64,000 bases of DNA, from contig JAYWIR010000024.1 in NCBI GenBank assembly GCA_036172245.1, forward strand, positions 1,178,001 through 1,242,000, in the 5' to 3' direction. Of the stretch, positions 38,901-48,815 are shown piece by piece. Under the pieces are notes generated by a model, which was not told the origin of the DNA, ran no database searches, and saw only the letters and a list, made by a program, of their open reading frames with translations. The stretch is from Raillietiella orientalis. Lineage: Eukaryota. The number at the start of each line of letters is the position of its first letter. The first letter of the stretch is position 1. The translations under genes and the position numbers were made by a program.

Positions 38901-40661
38901 CATGCAGACGCGGTGCGCAGGTTCTGCGTACGTCCGCAGCCGGAGCGGCGTCGGCGCTTCCGGTGGGTCTGCTGCCTCCGCCGCCGCGTTCCTGCTGTCT
39001 GCGAAGAGCGCTAGGAGGAGAAGAAGGAGAAAGGAAGAAGAGAGGAGAAGGGGAGAAAAAGTACCCCGAGGGGGTGCGCGCGTTCGCGTGCCTCGTATCC
39101 CACGAGCAGGAGCGGATCGCACACGCCACCTGTTCCGACGCGCGGGAGATCCGGGCGCGGTGCCGAGAACTAGGGCTTGCCCACGGGCGCAGCCCCGTCC
39201 ACGTGGCGCCTCCCCCCCTTCCCCCAACACGTCTTCCACCCGCCCCCTCTAGACGGCGTCGTCGTCCGTCCGCGCCTCCGCCGTTCTTCCTCTCGCGAGA
39301 GAGGCGTGCTGCGAAGAGAGAAAACCTCCCTCTTCGCCTCCGCCGGAAGCCCCTCTGCTTCCCTCCTTGGCGCCCTGGTCTTTCAGGCGGAGGAGCGCGT
39401 GCGTGCGCGAGCGGCGAAGACATCCCGCGCCAGGAGGAGCACGGGGTGCCTTGTCCACGGAAGGTCCCTTCGAGATTGCGATCTTCGGCGGGCAGAGGAG
39501 GCGCAGCGCCGACGCCCCCTCGGTGAATCCGCGGCGCGCTTCTCCCGCCCTCCTCCCTCTCTCTCCCTCCCTGCGCCTTTCCGCGAGAAATTCATCTGCC
39601 TATCTGCGCGCGAGCTGCTCCAGCTGCTAAATATGGAAACGAAGCCCCTGCGGAAGCCGGCGGTGATGTGACCCTCGCATCTGATTGTGCGATGCACGCG
39701 TTCGGCTCCTCGTGCCGTGAGGGAGCGATGATCTCGCCGCTGCAGGTGCCGCAGCCGGGAGGGCCGCCACCCGCTCGCTCCCCGGACGGCGGCGGGGGGG
39801 GAGCAGGGAAGCCCCGGGGCACGCGGATGACAGTTAGGCTCCTCCAACCCCTCCCAGAGGGGGCGGTCGCGCGCTCACCGCTCCCTCGGCTCCTCTCGTT
39901 CTCGTCCGCGTGATTCCTCCGCCGCCTGCCTACCGCTCCGAAGGGCCCGGGTCTCTGCGCCCTCCAAACACGCCCCAGACGAGGGAGCAGCAGCAGCCCG
40001 CGTGCCGAGGAAGGGAGGGAGGCCTCGAAAGATGGCGGGAGCGTAGGAGGAAGTGGTGGAAAGGAAGAGGAGGAGGAGGAGAAAGAAAAGAAGTGGAGAA
40101 GGAAGGAAGGTGGGAAGACACTGCGCGGCTTTGAGCAACCGCCTATGCGACAGTGCGCGCACGAGAGCGCGGGCTTCTCTCTGGGCCCCGGGCCCGCCAG
40201 CGCCGAAAGCAGACGATTATATCATCCCGCGGCTGGCGCCACATTATCTCTGGCACGTTATCTTCCTGTCGAATTTCAACGCTCCTGCGAACAATGCGGA
40301 GGAACATTAAGGCGAGATAAGTGGGAGCGGTTCCATTCCTCCCGTGCGTGTGTGTCGGAATTCCCGGGATCGGATGACGCGCGCGAGCGTGGGGGGGATT
40401 TTCATTCATGCCTCTCCTCCCTCCCTCCTCCGTCCGCTCTTCGGTTTCCCGGCAGAGGAAGAGCTCGCGTGCGCGCGCACTTCAGTCCGCTGCCTCTGCC
40501 TGCCTTTCCCCGGAATCGCCGCACCTCCCTGGAGCCCGCGGCGTTTCCGCCGGCCGCCCCGCGCGGCCGACGGAGCTGACGGAGAGACTCCGGGAACCGA
40601 GATGGAGGAGCCGACGAGAGGAAGGATAAACTTTCGCCTAGCGTATTCCTGCAGCACTGCG

Positions 40662-40772
40662 AGTGGATTTGAGGGTGGAGCTTGCGGGCGTCCTGCAGAA
40701 GAGTGCTGGGTTTCTTGACCACCATGAGATCCAGGCCGAATTCTCAACCGCACCCCAGGGATAGCGATGACG
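40662..40772 (+). repeat. 111-bp L1/Tx1-like ORF2 C-terminal fragment, inverted copy of 41779-41889
   Basis: Ungapped reverse-complement match with 8 mismatches in 111 nt (counted by hand). Encodes VDLRVELAGVLQKSAGF. Confidence 0.85.
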
Positions 40773-41599
40773 ACTCGGAGACAGACTCGGAACGAAGAGT
40801 TCTTGCCTCCACTCCCATCCCACCCTCACTTAGCAGTGGGTCCACCCAGATCGCTGTGGCTGCTAGCGGCACAGACTCCGAAGGGCGCAGGCGAAAGGGA
40901 GGCGGTCTCTTCCTTTTCTACCCTGTCCTGGCGTGCCCCTCCGGAAGGAATGGCCTGCCTGCACGTGGGACACGGGAGCAGCCGGTCCCGAAGTCCAGCG
41001 TGCACTTAAGGAGGGAAAGGGCTGGCGCCCGGTCACGCCGGAGGCGTTTCCTCTCACTCTTTCGGCACGCGGGTCCGAGTCTCCCAGTAAGGACTGCCGA
41101 CCGGCTCACTGAGAGGGGTCGGGCGGGACAAATAAGCGGGTAAAGCGATGGGGATTGACTGAGAGGGATAGGGGAGGGTGCCCATGCGTCCTCCGGGGGG
41201 GGTGAAACGGGAGTTCACGCTCCGATCTTTCCAGGGGGAACCACGCCGTTGCCCTCCCCGAGCGGTCTTCCACCTTCCCCTTCCCTGTTCCCTCTTGCTG
41301 CCCCTCGAGACCCGGAGCGTCGTGCTGCCGCCACGGACTCAGACCATCACCAATGTGACTCCTATGGCGAGTCGGCAGTTTGTATCTGAGCAAGCCTGCG
41401 GGCAATGTCTCCGGAGTAATGGAGGGTCTCCACGAGGTGGTGCCGTTCTTGACGAAGGGAATCTCAGCCCTGTGGCAGTCGACCACGTCTGAAGAGACTG
41501 CGATATCCGGCCATGCGCTCATGGAAAACGTCAACAATAATCACACACCAAAAGAATAAGAAAAAAGAAGAAATTCTCTAGAGCAAGGCAGTCCCAGCT

Positions 41600-43490
41600 T
41601 CACCAAAGGCAGGAGAATCCCGGATGCTCTGAGGAGAAGTCAAATGACCTGCCGGCCAATGCGAGGAGGACAAGGAGGACAGAAGGGTACCGAATCGAGA
41701 AACAAACAAATAGGCAACTTTTTAAACGGGCAGACGGGAAGGGGAGGGAGGGCACCAGATCTTCCCTGGGATCCTCTGCGTCATCGGGATCCCTGAGGTC
41801 TGGTTGCGAATTCGGCCTGGATCTCATGGTGATCACGAAACCCAGCACTCTTCTGCAGGACGCCCGCAAGCTCCACCCTCAAATCCACTAGGTGGGGCCA
41901 CATCACTGTCCTCCTCCAGGAGGAGGTCACCACTGCAATGGAGTCCCCGGCGCATTGCGCTCTCCCGGCTGCGCTTCGTGCCGCGACCGCGTTCCGCAGA
42001 CGCGATCGCTGCAGCAGGAAACACGCACGAAGTGACTCTTTGGGGCCTATCTGGAGTCGTGCGATGAGAACAGCAGGGCCATCGACAGACGCTCCCACGC
42101 TCTCCTGCAGGAAACGGGGGGGGGGGACAGCACAATCCGCAAGCAGCTGCGGACATGTGTGTGGGAGTCCCCATTCTCCTTACGTGGGTGGCTGGCGCCT
42201 TCTCTCGTACTGTGGTTCAGACGAGTGTTGGTGGGGAGACTCCAATGCGGTCCTCAGGGATGCCAAGCGCTACCACTCAGGGGGAAGCGTCGAGGTGTTC
42301 ATAAGGGCCACTGTGGGTGTTCAGTTCTCCCGTGGGTCACTTTCGAGGATACCTGCCCAGCGGAGTAGTCCTTGAGAATGGACTCCTGAGGTCTCTCGTT
42401 TCGGGAACTCCTTGGAAACTCTAGGTGTCCAAGCAGGACGCTTCCCAGTCTACTCCAGATCAGTCTACGACTCGGGAGCAGCAGCCACGAGCTCCAGCCA
42501 AGATTTGCGAATATGTCGAGACTGATTCGGATAAATCAGCTAAAAATCATAGACGCAGGTGCACGGATCCTATAGTTGGGAGTGGGAATTTTTCCTTTAC
42601 GAACGGCGACCGACTGCCTCTTCTTCGGCTGTGGTTCAGTTTCCAGAATCCGAGGTCAGCGAGCATGGATCCTCCTCGTTGCTCTTAAACCACCCGACAA
42701 CGGAACCGTCTTGCTGTTCCAGAGATGGTGCCTTCCGTCCGTCCTCTACGAGTCACCGTAGCCGGAGGCCATAGCGATCTCTGTTCGAGAGACCGCACTC
42801 TTGAACTTCAGCTTCCTGCAGCGGTCTTATCAGCGAGAGCCTTTGAGGCCATTTCCTCTTGTCTGCTCCTCCGCCAGCATCCACCCCGTTTCACTGGTCA
42901 CCCCTCTGAGAGGGAGAGACCTCGCCTCGGAGCGGCGCGTCTCTCGACCGGGGTCTGCCCCTGGCAACGCACGACGATTTTTTTTCTTTTTTCTTTTTTT
43001 TACCTTCCGGGGCACGCGGAGGATGTACCTCTGATCCCGATGGGTGGAGCGGCGCGCGCGAGCGACCGGCGGCCGCCGAGGTAAGTGGCCATCGAGACCT
43101 TCGACCATCCTTTCGGAAGTCGGAGTCGGGAGCGGTTCGCCGCCGAAGACGATGGTGTGGTGCAGGCGGACCACGCTCTTCATCGGCAAGCGCACGATCT
43201 TCCGGGACCCTCGTCACCAACTCCGACCGCCATCGACCGACCAGCAAGTGCAGCAGCTCGCCTTCAGCTGGCTCATACCTCTCCGGAATGCGGGAAGCGC
43301 GCTGGACCCTTCGAGGAGCGCCCCTTTCAGAGAAATCGGGAACGGTTCCTTCGGGGTCCTCTTCAGAGGAAGAAACCAGGAGCGGATCCTTTCCGGGTTC
43401 CCTTCGGAGAAGAAAAGAGGAATGTCCCCCTTGGGGGATCCCTCCCGCGGACCCGACGTAGTGACCCCTCTCCTCAGGACGCTTTGACCC
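41600..43490 (-). mobile_element. Second RT-less L1/Tx1-like composite (ORF1 part plus ORF2 C-terminus with zf-RVT)
   Basis: 43490-43085 is ORF1-like (FFSEGNPERIRSW; RGSRKIVRLPMK..HTIVFGG). ~42800-41780 carries ORF2 C-terminal motifs HLWNSK..EQRGGSMLADL, WEASC, QGLLRWAGIL, HWSLPTNTRLNH, QLLADC and WPHLVDLRVELA, followed by a 3'UTR-like pyrimidine tract. Confidence 0.6.
42387..43268 (+). repeat. Left arm of 882-bp inverted duplication
   Basis: Reverse complement of 45241-46122. Paired coordinates sum to 88509, overlapping ORF translations in the two arms are identical, and no mismatch was seen. Confidence 0.95.
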
Positions 43491-43649
43491 ACATCTTTGG
43501 CAGCAACAGAGAGATGAAGAGCTAAGGGAAAGATGTTTTTTCAAGACCGTGGGTGCCGGCCGATTCCAGAAAATTCGTAAGAAATCAAGGAGGCATCAGC
43601 GACGGAAGAGCAGTAAGAGAAGAAAGAAAAACCGCCTAGGTCATCCCTA

Positions 43650-44050
43650 GTCTTGTTTGACCCCTGGGACATGAGACCAGCCCTCCGAGTTCCTGTGCTC
43701 CATTGGAGGAGAGTTTTGAAGGGTCCTCGGTTCCGACCCGGATCAAATATCCCCCTCCTGCTGGTTCCCAGCCGTCCAGCCAGACAAGCGCCCCCAGTTC
43801 GTCCCACGCAGTGCGCCGGAACGCGATTTGCCCTCAGGGAATGCAGTTCGAGAGCGACAGGGGTGCGAGGAGCGAGGATCGCAGCTTCGCGACGTACTCG
43901 AAGGGAGAACTGTCCTCCTTTCGAATGCAGCAGTAGAGCAGGCGGGAGGAAGCGGCCAAAGAGGAAACCGAAAGGATTGAGGACGGTTCGCAAGCCCGGT
44001 CCAGAGGAAAGAGGAACACCGGAAGGGGGAAGACAGGAGAAGAGTTAAGA
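43650..44050 (-). mobile_element. Divergent L1/Tx1-like ORF1 N-terminal remnant
   Basis: RKEDSSPFEYVAKLRSSLL...LVWLDGWEPAGGGYLIRV parallels GPPYEYRKALEERV...FACLQRSPVGNFFLIL at 47 kb. Confidence 0.35.
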
Positions 44051-44149
44051 GTTCGGCCAGCAGCGATCCGGAGCCTTCGGGAATTCGCGCTTCCCGACAA
44101 AGTTTCCACCTCGCTTCCGCAGGGATGCTCAGGAGCGGCTTCCACCCCA

Positions 44150-45160
44150 CAAGTGCTGCGGAAGGTCCTCGTGAATCCCAGCATGGACGCGTGGGCAGAG
44201 CGCGTACTCCCCTTGCGCCAACGATGCCCTTTCTGAAAAGGGCACGTGGCAGCAGCCAAAGGTCGCGATGGGAAATCTCCTGCGAGATCTCAGGCAGGCG
44301 GAAGTTGATGAGTGGCTGGACCATGGGCAGCTGGCAAACGTCGCGACTACGAGGATTACAGTGCTGGGACGGGCTGCCCGGCACTCCTAGCGAAGGCCTG
44401 AAGTGGCCCCCAGCGTTCAAGAGCAGCAGCACCCTCTCCCTGAAGAAGCAAGAGCTGGCATTTCTGCTGCTGCTCTGGGGTCTTCCCTGCAACACACGCC
44501 GACACCACTGGACGCTAGGAAGTGTGAATCCAGACTGCCGCAGGTGTGGGGAACAGGAATCCTTCCCGCACCTGCTTGCGAACTGCGCTGCACTCCGGCC
44601 CCTATGGTAGCGTTTCGGAACGACCCTCCGGATCCCGGTTGGCACCTCCAGGGACGTTTTACGAGTTCCTCTTCATGCATGACGTCCTGAAGCCAGCCGC
44701 AGCTCCAGCAGGTCTTTGCTGCACCGCGGGACTGCGGCGACCTGGAGCGAAGCCGACAGAGGAAGAAACGGGAGGGACTCCTCCAGTCCGCAGTTCGCTT
44801 TCTGGGGATAGAGGCCAGATCGTTCCACCTGGGACCTATTCGGACGGACCTAGATCCCAGACGGGCCTACATCCTAGAAAGGATGCCGACTCCCTGCAGC
44901 AAAGACCTGCTGGGGCTGCAGCGGACAGTGGTCCCTTCCCAACCCTGCAGAGTGTTCTTATTTATTCTTTACTTTTTTATTTTTATTTTTGTTTTCTCCC
45001 CTCCCTTTCCGCAGCCGAGGTGAGTCCTGCTGGTCTGCCTACCGGCGGCCAGGCAGGTTCTTTGTAGAAATAGTCATGGTGGGGTATCGTATGCCACCAC
45101 AAAAGTTGTAAGTTAACCCTGTTGTATTTTAATCAATAAACGCTCCGGCGTGACCGGGTG
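44150..45160 (+). mobile_element. L1/Tx1-like 3' end with the best-preserved zf-RVT
   Basis: ORF 44125..44610 ends LLLWGLPCNTRRHHWTLGSVNPDCRRCGEQESFPHLLANCAALRPLW, a canonical CX2C..E..H...C finger. AATAAA at 45135-45140 followed by the 20-nt hairpin at 45141-45160. Confidence 0.85.
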
Positions 45161-45240
45161 GCAACATTGCACAAGCTCGTAGAGGGATTCTGGGAAGAAC
45201 CGGTCGTTTCAAGGAGCTCGCATCCTCGTCACCGCAGCTC

Positions 45241-46122
45241 GCTGAAGGCGAGCTGCTGCACTTGCTGGTCGGTCGATGGCGGTCGGAGTTGGTGACGAGG
45301 GTCCCGGAAGATCGTGCGCTTGCCGATGAAGAGCGTGGTCCGCCTGCACCACACCATCGTCTTCGGCGGCGAACCGCTCCCGACTCCGACTTCCGAAAGG
45401 ATGGTCGAAGGTCTCGATGGCCACTTACCTCGGCGGCCGCCGGTCGCTCGCGCGCGCCGCTCCACCCATCGGGATCAGAGGTACATCCTCCGCGTGCCCC
45501 GGAAGGTAAAAAAAAGAAAAAAGAAAAAAAATCGTCGTGCGTTGCCAGGGGCAGACCCCGGTCGAGAGACGCGCCGCTCCGAGGCGAGGTCTCTCCCTCT
45601 CAGAGGGGTGACCAGTGAAACGGGGTGGATGCTGGCGGAGGAGCAGACAAGAGGAAATGGCCTCAAAGGCTCTCGCTGATAAGACCGCTGCAGGAAGCTG
45701 AAGTTCAAGAGTGCGGTCTCTCGAACAGAGATCGCTATGGCCTCCGGCTACGGTGACTCGTAGAGGACGGACGGAAGGCACCATCTCTGGAACAGCAAGA
45801 CGGTTCCGTTGTCGGGTGGTTTAAGAGCAACGAGGAGGATCCATGCTCGCTGACCTCGGATTCTGGAAACTGAACCACAGCCGAAGAAGAGGCAGTCGGT
45901 CGCCGTTCGTAAAGGAAAAATTCCCACTCCCAACTATAGGATCCGTGCACCTGCGTCTATGATTTTTAGCTGATTTATCCGAATCAGTCTCGACATATTC
46001 GCAAATCTTGGCTGGAGCTCGTGGCTGCTGCTCCCGAGTCGTAGACTGATCTGGAGTAGACTGGGAAGCGTCCTGCTTGGACACCTAGAGTTTCCAAGGA
46101 GTTCCCGAAACGAGAGACCTCA
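45241..46122 (-). repeat. Right arm of 882-bp inverted duplication
   Basis: Reverse complement of 42387-43268, with no mismatch seen. Confidence 0.95.
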
Positions 46123-46869
46123 AAGTCCACCCAGTCTTCCGTGAACACTGGAAGGAAGCCGCCGATGGCATCTGCCGTGTCAGCGGGGGAAGGAGGGAAG
46201 AGGAAGAATCTTTACTCCGCTGCTGCCGTAATATGAGCTCCAAGTATCTTACATTCACAGTCCATAACAAGATGAGAGCTGCTTTGTCTGGGTTCATTGA
46301 AAGGTCATCCTGCAGTCCACTTCGAAGCCACAGCTGAAATTCCAGGCAACAACACTCAGGGCCAATACTGCACGCATGTCATTCCTGAAATGCCTCCTTC
46401 CATCCCCGCAAGCTACGAAGGAGGAAGGGACGTGCTGAGGCGGCACGCATGCGCGCGTTTTTCCCGCAGCAGCATGGGATCGGCAAAGGGGTCTGGCTCC
46501 TCCTGAAAGCTCGATGGACACCTTAGGGATGCACGCTGAACCACGGGCCTTTGCACGTTTCGAGCTTCGCGTTGGACTCTGCGAGAGCCGCAGAGCGTCC
46601 CTTGGAAAGCTCCCATCTGGAAGTCGGAATCGGGTGATGGGCAGCTGCGACAAACCAAGCGGGATGTTTGAATCAAAGAACATTTAGGTAGTCAAGTTGT
46701 CCTTGCAGGTGGCGCGCGGGGAATTCGCGAAGGATCCTTAAAACACACCTTCAGTTACGTCACCAGAGAGAAAACCACAGACGGCCCTGCAAGCCACGTG
46801 GCTTCGGTTTCCGAGAATGGGGAGTGCATTGTGGATTCTAACCCCCCCCCTCCACTCAGGACGACTCTG

Positions 46870-47460
46870 GTTGGTCTGTAGGGCTTCGTGTGGAAGTCAG
46901 AAACCTGGACGTCCCCTGTCGAGTAGCCGGAACTGGGAGCTGACTCTCCGGGGTCCTTCCAGAAACCAAGGAGATCTTCGCGAATCCCTCTGGTTGTGAA
47001 AATGGGGCCGTACGGGCTAGCATCGAGCTGGTTGGTATCCCACTTGGAGAGCTGCTTCTCCAGAGTGTCAGAAGAGCGCTGCTCCTTTCGAGGGACGCCC
47101 TTCTGAGAAATTTGGAAACGTCTCTTCGGAGGTCTCTTCAGAGGTGGAAACCAGGAGCAGATCCTTTCCGGAGGGGCCCTTCCGGAAAGAATGAGGAAGA
47201 AGTTCCCTACGGGACTCCTTTGGAGACAAGCAAAGTCGTGGTTGCCCCCGCTCTCCCAAGCGTAAGAGGAACGGACTCTTTCCTCCAGAGCCTTCCTGTA
47301 TTCATAGGGTGGTCCCTACGGAGTCACTTTCTATAACCTGAAGAGTCAACACACGCCCTCGGGTGGCGTGAATTGAAGAGCTTCGTGATCTTTCATCCCT
47401 CCCCCCTCCTTCTCCCCCTCCCTAAGGGGGAGAGCGGTTCTTCAGCACTTGGAGAACCAA
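46870..47460 (-). mobile_element. L1/Tx1-like 5' end and ORF1 N-terminal fragment
   Basis: DNA homology with 20545-21270 (CCAAGCGTAAGAGGAACGGACTC, TAACCTGAAGAGT, CCCTCGGGTGGCGTG, GAGCGGTTCT). Peptide PERICSWFPPLKRPPKRRFQISQKGVPRKEQR..TLEKQLSKW. Confidence 0.65.
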
Positions 47461-47533
47461 GAAAAGAGAAAAAAGCTGGAAGGAAAACTGCAGAATAGAA
47501 AAGAACCCTAAAGGATTTCCATCATCCTGGGCC

Positions 47534-48441
47534 ATCTACCCCCCTTGCTCCAGTGCTGCCCTCCCTAAAGGATGCAAAGGACAACGTCATCCCGGCAAGG
47601 TGGGAAGTGACTTGTTGCACAGCAGCAAGGACGAAACTCCTCGGTGCTTGGACAACTCGGGAAGTGACGGACGCTGCGACCCCGAGCGTCCCACCCCAAG
47701 GACTGCCATTCTGGGGAGAGCTACTCGGCATCCCCACGGAAGAGGTGAAGTGGCCCTCATCGTGCTGGAACAGTGGCACCCTCCCCCTCAAGTGGCCGGA
47801 GTTGGCGCTGCTGGTCTCTCATCGGCGAAGTCCGTGCGAAGCGCGCCTACACCACTGGACACGTGGACGCTCAGGGTGCGGCAGTTGCGGGAATAAGGAG
47901 ACCCTCCTGCACCTGCTGGTGGACTGCTGCTCTCCGACCCCTTTAGGATCGCCTCGCGACTACCCTAGGCATCCCAGGGACATTTTCAAACTCGGTACGT
48001 GCTGTACTGCTTCCAGCCGCGTCCCTCACAGTTTCCCTGCTGTGTTCGCGGGGATCACTGTGGCCTGGAACGCCAGAAGAGGCCGAAATGGGACTCCATC
48101 CACTGGGCATGGATCTTCCTGAAGACCAAGATGACCCGACCTGGGCGAGACACGGACGGAACTTGCCAGCATCCTGAACAGGATGCAGAGGACGCTTGTC
48201 AGCGTACCGTGATCCCTTCCGCGGCCCCTTCCCCTCCACGTGTATAAATTCCCCCTCCCCTATTTTGTTTGTTTGCTTATTTACTTATTTTTGTTTCCCT
48301 CCCCCGCGCTGCCGAAGCGGACATCGCTGGTCTGCGCGTCTCTCTTCCGCAATTCATTGCGCGTTGTAGAACCAATGGTTCTACCACAAAAATGTATTTT
48401 CATTACTTTAAGGGATAAATGCCCCGGCAAAACCGGGTGAT
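47534..48441 (+). mobile_element. 5'-truncated L1/Tx1-like insertion with 14-bp target-site duplication
   Basis: RLHHWTRGRSGCGSCGNKETLLHLLVDC zf-RVT. GATAAA at 48414-48419 plus hairpin at 48420-48439. CATCATCCTGGGCC occurs at both 47520-47533 and 48442-48455. Confidence 0.88.
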
Positions 48442-48689
48442 CATCATCCTGGGCCGGTGGTAACGATCGTCCCTTGAGGTCGCTACTGGCCTCTTAATTA
48501 AAAGTAGAAAGAAAACCATGACGAGCGAAAGGTCTGACGAAGTGGTGGCCCAAGTCAGGAGGTCCAGTGTCTGGGCTGGCTGGTGGCCTCAGCCTATTGT
48601 GGGTATAGACTCGAAGCTGAGTTGTAGACCTGGTAGACCTGGAGCCCCGAAATGGAGGAGGACACTGGACATGGGATGTCTTTGCTCGC

Positions 48690-48815
48690 AAAGGAGGCAA
48701 ATCCAAGTGTCTGTGGGATGTGTGGAAATGATGATATGTTGAGGGAATTGAAAGTTTCCTACGGTCACGCTCTGTCCGCCAGGAAAAAGAGTGGTGTGCC
48801 CAGAGACCCAGATTT
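48690..48815 (+). pseudogene. Possible decayed RING-finger fragment
   Basis: SVCGMCGNDDMLRELKVSYGHAL followed by frameshifted VVCPE resembles C..C......CGH..C..C...CP, with several ligands lost. Confidence 0.2.

Noticed and set aside
19960..42200. GC-biased decay of transposon fossils (Cys codons changed to Arg in zinc fingers)
   Set aside because: Only a few examples, with counter-examples such as Cys to Tyr near 10016. It needs a consensus-based substitution spectrum.
42387..46122. DIRS-type or DNA-transposon terminal inverted repeats
   Set aside because: The arms are internal pieces of decayed LINE sequence, homology continues past the left arm, and no tyrosine recombinase, transposase or flanking TSD was seen.
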